From the NCBI GenBank assembly GCA_963676165.1, contig OY781043.1, forward strand, positions 3,769,342 through 3,833,341: DNA of 64,000 bases, written 5' to 3'. The notes under the pieces were generated by a model. That model searched no databases, was not told the origin of the DNA, and saw only the letters and a list, made by a program, of their open reading frames with translations. The position numbers and the translations under genes were made by a program. This DNA comes from Bacteroidales bacterium (GTDB lineage Bacteria; Bacteroidota; Bacteroidia; Bacteroidales; ML635J-15). The first letter of the stretch is position 1; every line of letters begins with the position of its first letter. This document shows, piece by piece, positions 10,617 to 20,329 of this stretch.

Positions 10617-11846
10617 TTACAAATAAACCTCAGATTTCGAGGCACTTGTAAATGGTGCAACAGCACGATCATAGATCCCTTGTACCCAGGCAATTGCCAT
10701 TCCGTAATTTGTCACAGGCACACCAGCTTTAATTGCTGGCTGAATTCGATTAATAAGCTGTTTACGTGTAATCACACACCCTCCACATTGAATAACTAAT
10801 GCATAATCGGTGATTTCGCCGGGGATATTATCTAATCCTGAAACGACTTTATATTCAAGTTTTTTTCCTGTAAAATCTGAAATCCAACGTGGTATTTTAA
10901 CTCGTCCTATGTCGTCGCAAGCCACATGATGTGTACATGATTCCAACAACAAGACTTTATCCCCATCTTTCAGCTCAGAAATTTTAGGTGTACCTTGAAG
11001 ATAGGCAGCAAAATCACCCTTATACCTTGCCAATACAACTGAAAATCCTGTCAAAGGAATATCTGCAGGAATAGAAGCATCAGCTTTCAAGAAAATTTGA
11101 CTGTCAGTAATTGCTAAAGCTGGTTTAATCGCCGTTTTTCGAAGAAAAGCATCCACTTCACGCTCTTTTAAAACAATGGCAATGGCATCATTATCCAAGA
11201 TATCGCGAATTGCTTGTACTTGAGGCAAAATCATTCGTCCTTCAGGAGCTTCAATATCTATCGGCGTAATAAGCAAAACAATATCTCCGTATTGAATTAA
11301 ATCCCCGATTAAGGATGGTGTTTGCATGGCAGATTCAGGTATGCTTTCACGAATTTTCCTGATAAGTATTTCTTTAGCACTACGATCATCTACACAAGAA
11401 TATTCTATGACACCTTGCTTAAAATCATCTTTGATTTGTTGTTTGAAATCTGCATCAAGCTTAATGACATCGCCTTTATTATGGACAATAAGAAACGGGA
11501 TATCTTGTTTCTTAAATTTGTCAAGCATGAGTTTTTCAGCCTCTTCAAATTGATTTGAAGTAATTACTAAAATTGCCAGATCAATGAGTTTTAATGATTC
11601 AAAAGATTTTTTTATGCGCAACTCTCCCAATTCTCCAACATCGTCAATACCAGCAGTATCAACAAGTATAACAGGTCCGAACCCTGTAATTTCAAACGAC
11701 TTTTTCACGGGATCAGTAGTAGTACCTGCAACATCGCTAACAATAGAAATATCTTGTCCTGCTAAGGAATTAATCAAGGAAGATTTCCCATTATTTCGAC
11801 GACCGTAAATTCCAATATGTACTTTATTTTCCTTTGTTTTTTTCAT
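10617..11846 (-). CDS. hydF: HydF-like [FeFe]-hydrogenase maturation GTPase
   Basis: Single G domain (GRRNNGKSSLIN, DTAGID, NKGD) and a C-terminal Cys/His cluster (ESCTHH ... QCGGC) resembling the HydF FeS-binding motif. Confidence 0.7.
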   Translation of the reverse strand: MKKTKENKVHIGIYGRRNNGKSSLINSLAGQDISIVSDVAGTTTDPVKKSFEITGFGPVILVDTAGIDDVGELGELRIKKSFESLKLIDLAILVITSNQFEEAEKLMLDKFKKQDIPFLIVHNKGDVIKLDADFKQQIKDDFKQGVIEYSCVDDRSAKEILIRKIRESIPESAMQTPSLIGDLIQYGDIVLLITPIDIEAPEGRMILPQVQAIRDILDNDAIAIVLKEREVDAFLRKTAIKPALAITDSQIFLKADASIPADIPLTGFSVVLARYKGDFAAYLQGTPKISELKDGDKVLLLESCTHHVACDDIGRVKIPRWISDFTGKKLEYKVVSGLDNIPGEITDYALVIQCGGCVITRKQLINRIQPAIKAGVPVTNYGMAIAWVQGIYDRAVAPFTSASKSEVYL

Positions 11847-12039
11847 AACTCATGCTTATAGCTGATAAACAGCAGATTGCTTTTGTTGTTTCAAATATTC
11901 ATGAAAAATACGAAATATTACAAAAAGAAAGCATGTGGTTTGAGCAAAGATCACTTGTTCAGTGTTCAAAAACAGGAAAATAAACGCAAAATTAAACGGT
12001 AAGAAGGGAGTAAAAAGACATAAAAACGGAATCTTTCCT

Positions 12040-12047
12040 TAACTTTG
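12040..12047 (+). promoter_or_regulatory. -7 promoter box (TAACTTTG)
   Basis: TAnnTTTG match 33 nt upstream of the ATG at 12080. Confidence 0.45.
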
Positions 12048-12079
12048 CAACTTATTTATTGTATTACTGTTTAAGTTTT

Positions 12080-13213
12080 ATGATTATGGAACTCAATAAA
12101 AATAATGTAAGCAAAGCTTTGGCAGAAGTGCTTTATCCAGGCAATGCCAAAGATATTATTAGCCTGAGAATGGTGGAAAATCTTCAAATCGAAGGAAAAA
12201 AAGTTAGTTTCGATTTGGTTTTTGAAAAAGATACTGATCCTTTCATCGCATCAATGAAAAAAGCCTGTGTTAAAATACTTGAGTCTGCTTTCGGTGAAGA
12301 CAAGATCGAAATCAAAGGAAATATCCAAGCAAAAAGCAGAGCCATTACTAAGGAAGCTGAAATTCATACAGGACAAGCTGAAACCGGAATTGGCAAAGTA
12401 AAAAATCTGATTGCTGTTGCATCAGGAAAAGGTGGCGTTGGAAAATCTACAGTTTCCGTCAACATGGCAATTGCTTTAGCTCAACATGGTTACAAGGTTG
12501 GTTTACTCGATGCAGACATCTTTGGTCCTTCAATTCCTAAAATGTTTGGTCTTGAAGATGAAAAACCTCGTGGCAAACAAGAAAATGGGAAAGAATGGAT
12601 TTTGCCATTGGAAAAATACGGAGTAAAAATGCTTTCTGTTGGTTTCTTTGTGGATCCTGATTCTGCGCTTGTATGGCGTGGTGCTATGGCTACCAATGCA
12701 TTGAAACAACTAATTAACGATGCAGATTGGGGCGAATTGGATTATTTACTTTTCGATTTACCTCCAGGAACAAGTGATATTCATTTGACATTGGTACAAA
12801 CCGTTCCTGTAACTGGTGCTGTAATTGTTTCTACACCTCAAGATGTTGCCCTTGCTGATGCTCGTAAAGGAATATCCATGTTTAAAACGAAAGGAATTGA
12901 AGTACCAATTCTTGGTTTGGTGGAAAATATGGCTTGGTTTACTCCAGAAGAATTACCTGATAACAAATATTATCTTTTCGGTAAAGATGGTTGTAAAAAA
13001 CTTTCTGCTGAAACAAATATTCCATTGTTGGGACAAATTCCTCTCGTTCAAAGCATTCGCGAAGGCGGTGACGAAGGAAAACCTGCTAGTATGCAATTAA
13101 GTTCTCTCACAGGAAAAGCATTTGAAACTGCTGCAATTGCAATGATTGAACAGGTTGATGTGAGAAATAAAACAATGGATCCAACAAAAATTGTTGAAAT
13201 CAAACACAAATAA
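12080..13213 (+). CDS. apbC: Mrp/NBP35 (ApbC) family iron-sulfur cluster carrier ATPase
   Basis: N-terminal DUF59-like domain, deviant Walker A ASGKGGVGKST, and DLPPGTSD. The start is moved from TTG 12059 to ATG 12080. Confidence 0.9.
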   Translation: MIMELNKNNVSKALAEVLYPGNAKDIISLRMVENLQIEGKKVSFDLVFEKDTDPFIASMKKACVKILESAFGEDKIEIKGNIQAKSRAITKEAEIHTGQAETGIGKVKNLIAVASGKGGVGKSTVSVNMAIALAQHGYKVGLLDADIFGPSIPKMFGLEDEKPRGKQENGKEWILPLEKYGVKMLSVGFFVDPDSALVWRGAMATNALKQLINDADWGELDYLLFDLPPGTSDIHLTLVQTVPVTGAVIVSTPQDVALADARKGISMFKTKGIEVPILGLVENMAWFTPEELPDNKYYLFGKDGCKKLSAETNIPLLGQIPLVQSIREGGDEGKPASMQLSSLTGKAFETAAIAMIEQVDVRNKTMDPTKIVEIKHK

Positions 13214-13219
13214 CGCTTT

Positions 13220-13450
13220 ATGGAAGAAATTAAAAAACGTATTGCAAAATCCATCGAAGAAGTACGCCCTTATTTACAGGCTGACGGTGGTGATATTTCA
13301 TTGGTAAATATTACTGATGATTTTGTGGTAGAGGTAAAATTGCTGGGTGCATGTGGATCATGTCCTTTCAGCATTCAGACACTGAAACTTGGGGTTGAGG
13401 AAAAACTCAAACAAGATGTCCCTGAGGTAAAAGAAGTTGTCTCTGTATAA
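13220..13450 (+). CDS. NifU-like Fe-S cluster scaffold domain protein
   Basis: 76 aa containing GGDISLV and the GACGSCP CxxC motif typical of the NifU C-terminal domain. Confidence 0.85.
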   Translation: MEEIKKRIAKSIEEVRPYLQADGGDISLVNITDDFVVEVKLLGACGSCPFSIQTLKLGVEEKLKQDVPEVKEVVSV

Positions 13451-13457
13451 GTGATTG

Positions 13458-13492
13458 GCATCCGTTAGGATTCCTAGCGGATGCACTTTTTA
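13458..13492 (+). terminator. rho-independent terminator after the nifU-like gene
   Basis: 10-bp stem GCATCCGTTA/TAGCGGATGC (one G-U pair), a 7-nt loop, then ACTTTTTAT. Confidence 0.6.
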
Positions 13493-14721
13493 TGCATCCT
13501 GTTCTATACATATCTTATGATGGAATGACTGATTCTTTGGGTCAATCTCAAGTAATTCCATACCTGATTGAACTTAGCAAAACTGGTTTGGAATTTCATA
13601 TTATCTCAGCAGAAAAACCATCAAACTTTCAAGCCAATAAATCACAAATATCTGCTTTACTCAAAGCCCACAATATTCATTGGCATCCGGTACAATACAC
13701 AAAAAAGCCTCCGCTAATTTCTACAATGAAAGATATCCGTGCAATGAAAAACTTAGCAATTAAATTGCACAAAACACACCAGTTTCATGCGACACACTGC
13801 CGAAGCTACATCAGTGCTTTTGTCGGAATGGCACTTAAAAAGAAATTTCATGTTCCTTTCCTTTTTGATATGCGAGGTTTTTATGCTGATGAAAGAGTGG
13901 ATGGAGGCTTATGGAATCAGTCAAATCCTGTTTACCGCCAAGTTTACAAGTTTTTTAAGCGGAAAGAAAAAGTCTTTATGAATACTTGCGATCAGCTTAT
14001 TTCTTTGACAGAAAATGGGAAGCAATGTATTGCATCTTGGGAATTTGAGCATCTTAAAACTGATGACATAACTGTCATTCCATGTTGTGCAGATTTAGAT
14101 CATTTCAATCCCAAAAAAGTGAATCCAACTCAAAGAAAAGAGATTCAATCATCATTGAATCTCTCCGATGATGATTTTGTGCTGTCTTATTTAGGATCTA
14201 TAGGAACGTGGTATTTACCTGAGGAAATGCTTGATTTTTTTGCTGTTTTATTAAAAAATCGCCCGGAAAGTAAGTTTCTTATTTTGACACGAGACAATCC
14301 GGATAGTATGCGTGAAATGGCCAAACAGAAATCTATTCCTGAAGAGAAACTCATATTCCGACCAGCAAGTAGAGATGAAGTTCCTGCATTGATCTCTTTA
14401 TCCGATTTATCCATCTTTTTTATTAAACCTGTCTTTTCAAAAAAAGCTTCCTCGCCAACAAAACTTGCAGAACTATTAGGAATGGGTGTCCCTGTAATAT
14501 GCAATGGCAATGTGGGCGATATTGATAACATCATCGAAAAATATCAAACAGGTTTGGTAATCCGTGAGTTTGATACCGAGACATATCAAAAAGTTGTTGA
14601 CAAATTACCAGAAATCTTACAAATTGATTCTCAGCACTTACGTTCTGTTGCAGACGAGTATTTTTCACTTACTGTTGGTACAAAATCTTACCAAAAAGCC
14701 TATGCAAAAATCTTAAAATGA
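13492..14721 (+). CDS. glycosyltransferase (GT-B fold, GT4-like)
   Basis: 409 aa. The C-terminal nucleotide-sugar binding region (SSPTKLAELLGMGVPVICNGNVGD) is typical of GT1/GT4 enzymes. Confidence 0.75.
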   Translation: MHPVLYISYDGMTDSLGQSQVIPYLIELSKTGLEFHIISAEKPSNFQANKSQISALLKAHNIHWHPVQYTKKPPLISTMKDIRAMKNLAIKLHKTHQFHATHCRSYISAFVGMALKKKFHVPFLFDMRGFYADERVDGGLWNQSNPVYRQVYKFFKRKEKVFMNTCDQLISLTENGKQCIASWEFEHLKTDDITVIPCCADLDHFNPKKVNPTQRKEIQSSLNLSDDDFVLSYLGSIGTWYLPEEMLDFFAVLLKNRPESKFLILTRDNPDSMREMAKQKSIPEEKLIFRPASRDEVPALISLSDLSIFFIKPVFSKKASSPTKLAELLGMGVPVICNGNVGDIDNIIEKYQTGLVIREFDTETYQKVVDKLPEILQIDSQHLRSVADEYFSLTVGTKSYQKAYAKILK

Positions 14722-14792
14722 TCAATACTTCATCTTAAGTTTATTTGTTTATTGCCAATCTGCTTCTATCTTTGAACGATAATTCACAAAAC

Positions 14793-15890
14793 ATGCGAAA
14801 AAAAGTACTGCTTTGCCTAGTTCATCATCGCCCGGATCGTTCGCCCGGACAACGATTTCGAATTGAGCAATTTCTACCAGCGCTTGAGAGAGATGCTTGG
14901 GAAATTCAGTATTCTAACATCCTAAATGAAAAGGATGATTTAACCTTTTATGCATCAGGACATTATTGGGGTAAGTTTCGCATCATGGTGAAAAGTTTTT
15001 TTCATCGTTTAAAAGATATTAAGCGTGCAAAACATGCCGATGTTGTTTTCATTTATCGTGAAGCTTTTATGATGGGGACAAGTTACATTGAAAAGCGCTT
15101 GTCAAAAATTCATACTCCGCTTGTTTTTGACTTTGATGATAGCATTTGGCTCAATGATACTTCAGTTGGGAATCAGAACCTCAGTTGGCTTAAAAAGCCA
15201 GAAAAAACAGGAGATATCTGCAGGTACTCAGATCATGTTATGGTTGGGAACGCTTATTTGGCTGATTATGCCAAAAAATTCAATTCCAACACACATGTTT
15301 TTCCAACAGTGATTGATACAAATTATCATAAGCCGAATGAAAAACGAACTGAAAATCAGAAAATTTGCATTGGCTGGACAGGAACTCAGCCCACGATAAA
15401 GCACTTTGAAACCATTCTCCCTGTGCTTAAAAAATTACATGCTTCTTTCCCTGACAAGTTATGTTTCCGTATGGTTGTAAACTTTCCATATGATTGCAGT
15501 AGCATACCATTGGAGGTTATACAATGGGAGAAAGCAAGTGAAATTGAAACCCTTCAACAATTTGATATCGGAATAATGCCACTTCCAGACAACCAATGGA
15601 CACGTGGAAAATGTGGTTTCAAAGGATTGCAGTATATGTCCCTTGAAATTCCAACAATTATGTCACCAGTTGGTGTAAACACAGACATTATTCGCCATGG
15701 TGAAAATGGATACCTTGCTGATTGTGAGGATACTTGGCTTAAAACACTCACTCAACTTATTGAGAACAAAAGTGAGAGAGAACGCATAGGAAAAGCAGGC
15801 AGACAAACCGTTGAGAAATATTACTCAAGACATGCTTGGGAAAATAAATGGGTGGAATTTTTTAATCATGTGAGTTCAGATTTTCATTAG
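14793..15890 (+). CDS. glycosyltransferase (GT-B fold, GT1/GT4-like)
   Basis: GFKGLQYMSLEIPTIMSPVGVNTDIIRHGENGYL motif. The start is moved to ATG 14793 (MRKKVLLCLVHH). The last 36 codons lie inside the 135-bp repeat. Confidence 0.75.
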   Translation: MRKKVLLCLVHHRPDRSPGQRFRIEQFLPALERDAWEIQYSNILNEKDDLTFYASGHYWGKFRIMVKSFFHRLKDIKRAKHADVVFIYREAFMMGTSYIEKRLSKIHTPLVFDFDDSIWLNDTSVGNQNLSWLKKPEKTGDICRYSDHVMVGNAYLADYAKKFNSNTHVFPTVIDTNYHKPNEKRTENQKICIGWTGTQPTIKHFETILPVLKKLHASFPDKLCFRMVVNFPYDCSSIPLEVIQWEKASEIETLQQFDIGIMPLPDNQWTRGKCGFKGLQYMSLEIPTIMSPVGVNTDIIRHGENGYLADCEDTWLKTLTQLIENKSERERIGKAGRQTVEKYYSRHAWENKWVEFFNHVSSDFH

Positions 15891-15915
15891 TAAGTGAACC
15901 CTAAAAGCCAAAGTG
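15781..15915. repeat. 135-bp direct repeat, left copy (candidate attL)
   Basis: Base-for-base identical to 26071-26205. It contains the glycosyltransferase 3' end and stop (15888-15890) and, on the other strand, an ATPase-type 3' end and stop (15887-15889). Confidence 0.95.
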
Positions 15916-15981
15916 TACAGTGGTATGAAAGTTTTCCACTAGGTTAAAACCTAGAAGCTGCCTATTGATTATGCTCTGATT

Positions 15982-18879
15982 TTATTGATAATATTGAGTT
16001 TGACGAGTTGGTTTTGAATCATTAGAGTTGGAATATTGATTTTTTATCTTACCTGTCCCTGTTGAAGCACTGCTTGATGGAGATGTTCTTGAGGGAGAAC
16101 TTACTAGTTTTCTATTTATTCTTCCATTATTTATTATATTTAAGTTTGGTTTTCTTGTTCTTCCTCTACTATTAGAGCCAATTCTTACTGATTTACCTGT
16201 TGTAGTACTTGTACTTTCTGCAGTAACCCAAGTGTATTGAGGAATATTTGTTCCATTATCTTTCCAATAATTAATACTATGTCCTTCTAAACCTTGAAAA
16301 TCATTACAATCCATTAATCCATCACCCGCAATAACAGGTGTATTTCCTTCTACTCCTCCATATGAATTACCACCTAAAATTTCGTTTAAAAAAAGAATAT
16401 CTCCATCTTCATAACAAATTGTTCCCACATCTACATTGTTTGAATTAAAATCAATACCAGAAACATTGGATAGAAAATAATGTAAATCACCAGCTGTTCT
16501 GGTAAAATCTGCATCAACACTTGGATTTAATGATAAAAATATGCTACCACTATTATATGCGCTTGCATTTGAAATTTTGTTAAACATACACCTTTTTATT
16601 TGTATTTTTTCACCTGGACTTGTTATATTTGCTAATATAATACTTGTTGTTGCAACAAAAGTTTCTCCATCTGCAACATCAACTGTTACAGGAACATCGT
16701 TATCATCAGATATTAGAATTACATTTCTTAGACCTTCTATTCTAATTCCTGAACCTGTATATCCATTAATATTTACATCAGCCATTGCTTTTGTAATTGC
16801 TTCAGTATTTACTAATGAATAGGCTTCTTGAGTGCCAACAAACCCGACAGGACCAAAATTAATTTCATCGCGAGTACCAATAATTTTTAATGCATTTAAG
16901 GCTTCTTCATATCCATCTAAAAATTTCCCAGATTTATCAAGTAGTTTTTGTAATGGGCTACCTGTGAAGGATATTCCCTGAGAAATGCTTATATTATCTA
17001 TATAATCCATATAAGGGATATTTGAATCTGATAGTGTTTTTACATAATTTGAAAGATCATATTCTGGAGATCCTAATATCATTGATTCTATTGTACCATT
17101 TCCAGTAAAATTAAAAACATAATTACATGGTATTGATGTAGTATTTTCATAATTACTTATCTCTGCAAAATCACAAGCAAAATATCCATCCCAAACATAA
17201 TTAGTTACACCAACTTGTCCTATTAAAGGAAAAATTCTATTTCCTGTATGTACATCTATTGATTGATTATTAACATCAAAAATAGCTTCTGAGAAATTAT
17301 TATTATTAGGATTATGAGGAATAGCTTGTCCAGAAATTTCAATACTACTAAAATCAATTATTTTATCTAAATCTGAAAGGGTTGCATCACCTTCATTTGT
17401 ACAGGTTACATTTTGAAAGTTTGAATTAAACTCAAAATCTTCATTATTAGCTAATAAAGCATATAATCTTATTTGATCCTTATTCATTTCTACATTGCTA
17501 AGATTTAAATTCAATTCACCAATATCATAATTAACGGTTAAATTATCATTAGATAATATATTATAACAAAAATAATTCCATTGTGCCGCAGTTGAAATAT
17601 TTATTGTATTATTTGAACTATTTAAAACTAAAACATTATTAGGAGTTGCAATAATTCCATTTAAAATATCTTCAATAAAAACTACATTTATATTTGCTTG
17701 GTAACCATCTGTTTCTTCTTCATATTGATTGTGTCTAGTTTGATTTGCATCATGATCTTCTTTTGCAGTTTGATAATTTTGAGTAGGAGTTTCACCAAAT
17801 AAATCTGAAACTATTTTATCTATAGCTTCTTTCATTGTTGTTAATCTAGCTGAATTTGTATTTAATAAAGACTGTATTTCATTTAATTTAGCTATAATAG
17901 TATCTATATCTTCTTGAGTTCCTCCTGAAGATACAAAATCCTGCATTAACGCATATACTTGATTTAGTTTTGAATTTATACTTGTATTAGCATTATTAAT
18001 TGTATTAAAATCATTAGAAAGTTTGCTATTTATAAGATTTACTATTTCTGAGCCATCTTGTTCTAATACATTTTCTATATAGGATATACTTTCATTTGCA
18101 TCACCAATAATATTAATAATAAGTGTTTTTAAATCTTCAAATCTCTCTAGTTGGTCTTCTGATAAAGTTATTATACCTTCATCGTAAGAAGCTTGTGTAA
18201 ATTCTGCATTGTCTCTTAAAGAATTTAAGTCTGTTATTATATTATTTTCTAATCCCTCAATTGCATCTATATTTTCATCTAATGCTTGAATGGTGGTTAT
18301 TATTTCAGGGAATGTCATTCTTGAATTTAATTCTGTTTTTATTTGTTCCATTTGTGCTTTTATAGAACTAATTGAATTTTCCAAAGAATCTAATCTTGCT
18401 CTATTTTCAGATACAGTAGTTTCGTAAGAATTTAGTATTTCATCTAAACTACCATTATATACAACAAAATATTTATTTTCTGCATTTTTATAACGACTAT
18501 CTGCTAATTCTGATAAATCATCAACTTTTTTAATACCTTCAACTGTTTGAATTTCACCTCTTTCTATTCTAATTTTAACTAATGCTTTCCATCTTTCTAT
18601 TTCACTTTCTAAAATACCAAGTGTATCACTTTCTGGTTGTAATCTATATATTATATTTGAAGAGTTAAGGTCTATACCTTCAATTCTGCCAGAAGCCTCA
18701 TCAGCTCTATATGCAATTTTGTTATAAGCCTCAACTGCATCGGCGATATTATCTTCTGGTTTATAACACCCTGTTGTGTAGATTGCTAATGAAAATAATA
18801 AAGCTATAATAGCATTTTTAGAAAAATGTTTTAAGTGTCTTGCTAAATTTAAAAGTTCTCTTTTTTTATCAGCAGTCAT
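15982..18879 (-). CDS. large coiled-coil surface lipoprotein, function unknown
   Basis: 965 aa with lipobox AIYTTGC and about 350 aa of heptad-like, N/E/I/L-rich sequence. This is followed by a beta-rich N-rich region and a basic S/T/N-rich tail. No family was recognised. Confidence 0.6.
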   Translation of the reverse strand: MTADKKRELLNLARHLKHFSKNAIIALLFSLAIYTTGCYKPEDNIADAVEAYNKIAYRADEASGRIEGIDLNSSNIIYRLQPESDTLGILESEIERWKALVKIRIERGEIQTVEGIKKVDDLSELADSRYKNAENKYFVVYNGSLDEILNSYETTVSENRARLDSLENSISSIKAQMEQIKTELNSRMTFPEIITTIQALDENIDAIEGLENNIITDLNSLRDNAEFTQASYDEGIITLSEDQLERFEDLKTLIINIIGDANESISYIENVLEQDGSEIVNLINSKLSNDFNTINNANTSINSKLNQVYALMQDFVSSGGTQEDIDTIIAKLNEIQSLLNTNSARLTTMKEAIDKIVSDLFGETPTQNYQTAKEDHDANQTRHNQYEEETDGYQANINVVFIEDILNGIIATPNNVLVLNSSNNTINISTAAQWNYFCYNILSNDNLTVNYDIGELNLNLSNVEMNKDQIRLYALLANNEDFEFNSNFQNVTCTNEGDATLSDLDKIIDFSSIEISGQAIPHNPNNNNFSEAIFDVNNQSIDVHTGNRIFPLIGQVGVTNYVWDGYFACDFAEISNYENTTSIPCNYVFNFTGNGTIESMILGSPEYDLSNYVKTLSDSNIPYMDYIDNISISQGISFTGSPLQKLLDKSGKFLDGYEEALNALKIIGTRDEINFGPVGFVGTQEAYSLVNTEAITKAMADVNINGYTGSGIRIEGLRNVILISDDNDVPVTVDVADGETFVATTSIILANITSPGEKIQIKRCMFNKISNASAYNSGSIFLSLNPSVDADFTRTAGDLHYFLSNVSGIDFNSNNVDVGTICYEDGDILFLNEILGGNSYGGVEGNTPVIAGDGLMDCNDFQGLEGHSINYWKDNGTNIPQYTWVTAESTSTTTGKSVRIGSNSRGRTRKPNLNIINNGRINRKLVSSPSRTSPSSSASTGTGKIKNQYSNSNDSKPTRQTQYYQ

Positions 18880-18907
18880 TTTTAAATGAATTTTTATTTT
18901 CTTCTTA

Positions 18908-19222
18908 AATTCTGACTAACGTAAAAATTAGTCTCTGATTTTCAGTTCTTTAAGATTTACTCAAATTTATCATTTTTAGCTCATTTTCGCACCCCATTTT
19001 TACGTTAGCAACAGGATTTAATAAGCTCTGGAAGATTAGATAATTTTATTTGTTTTTCTAATCTGGAAGTGCTTATGTGGCGAATTAGGTATAACGTTGA
19101 GAATATGGGACGTTTGGCATTTCAAAGTACCAACCGTTCAAACCTCTATATATTTAATTGATATACTCATTTTCAAATTTAGCACGATCCGCCAAATGAC
19201 CTATATTTATTGTTGTCCCCAG
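18908..19222. repeat. island intergenic repeat, copy A (intact)
   Basis: Contains a 13-bp perfect inverted repeat (18916-18928 / 18996-19008), a hairpin module (19033-19064) and a distal module (19085-19222). All three are alignable to the interrupted copy at 21632-24802. Confidence 0.6.
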
Positions 19223-20329
19223 TTATTTCTTATTCATTTCATTACTTCCAAATTCAAGTACCCAAGGAACTGCAAGCATATTGTATGCTGTATTAGCTAA
19301 TAGTACTTGAAATTCTTTGTTTCCCGGATGAAATCCAACAAAAGCAATGAAACCCATAGTCCCACCGAAATGTACAATAAAACCACTTTTATATTTTCCC
19401 CAGCCGAGGCAGATATCAGAATAGGTTAATGGTGTTTCTCCAGATATTTGTACTTCATGAGTTTTTTGCATTGCTGATTTTAAAGGGGAGTCTATTATTC
19501 CTACATTAGCCTTAGCATAAACTATTAAATCTTTCATACATGAACGAAGGCCTCCCGAAGTATTAAAAATACAGCTATCATTTCTATACCAGTTTACATT
19601 ATCCATCCCCAAATAACCATTGGCATAATTATCATCAGAGTGCTCTTGATAATTCACACCTGTTCGGGTCATTTTCAATGGCTCAGTGATTTTAATTTTT
19701 AAGAGTTCATTGTAGTTTTGTTCGTAAATATTTTCTAATGCATATCCAAGAATTGCAAAACCAAGCGGTGAATATATAATTGAATCTTTGGCAATGCCTT
19801 CTATTTTATAATTCTTTAGAAATTCATATAATTTAGTCGGTGTGTAATTCAAATAATCCTCTGTTTGTTGAACTGGATTATTCGTATGAATATCTGTTGG
19901 CATATACGGTAAGCCTGAGGAATGAGTAATTAATTGTCTTATTGTAATCTTCCCCGTACTATTTTCAGGAACTATGAATTTATTAGGAAGATATTTCTCA
20001 ATAGGATCATCATACGATAACTTTCCCTCCTCCTCTGCAATTGCAATTAACAAAGCGGTAAAGGATTTTGTAACAGAACCAATTTCAAATTGAGTTTCAA
20101 GGTTAATCTCTTTTTTAGTCCGTGAAGCACTTCCATGGATATAGAGAGAATCAGTATTTCCACTTGCTTTATAATATATTATTCCCAGATAGGTTGAATC
20201 ATTAAGCTTAGATTCCAGATAATCATTAAAATATACAGACGTGATTTCTTCCTTTTGTGGTTTATCATTATTACATGAATATAAAATTACTAAAACCACA
20301 ATAAATAATAAATAGATAATTTTCTTCAT
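19223..20329 (-). CDS. serine hydrolase (class C beta-lactamase / PBP-like family) lipoprotein
   Basis: SxxK motif GSVTKSF and a lipoprotein signal MKKIIYLLFIVVLVILYSC. The start is moved to ATG 20329, because the ORF-track N-terminal extension runs through a repeat copy. Confidence 0.75.
   Translation of the reverse strand: MKKIIYLLFIVVLVILYSCNNDKPQKEEITSVYFNDYLESKLNDSTYLGIIYYKASGNTDSLYIHGSASRTKKEINLETQFEIGSVTKSFTALLIAIAEEEGKLSYDDPIEKYLPNKFIVPENSTGKITIRQLITHSSGLPYMPTDIHTNNPVQQTEDYLNYTPTKLYEFLKNYKIEGIAKDSIIYSPLGFAILGYALENIYEQNYNELLKIKITEPLKMTRTGVNYQEHSDDNYANGYLGMDNVNWYRNDSCIFNTSGGLRSCMKDLIVYAKANVGIIDSPLKSAMQKTHEVQISGETPLTYSDICLGWGKYKSGFIVHFGGTMGFIAFVGFHPGNKEFQVLLANTAYNMLAVPWVLEFGSNEMNKK

Noticed and set aside
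10617-11846. Alternative call of the GTPase as Der/EngA or Era.
   Set aside because: It has only one G domain and no KH domain. The C-terminal Cys/His cluster fits HydF-like proteins better.
16541-16822. Antisense or alternative-frame ORFs inside long genes (for example 668-859, 1142-1474, 3394-3726, 16541-16822, 28771-29100, 44735-45028, 53336-53716, 62475-62891).
   Set aside because: Each is fully embedded in a longer ORF with clear family motifs. They have low-complexity or atypical composition and no independent start context.
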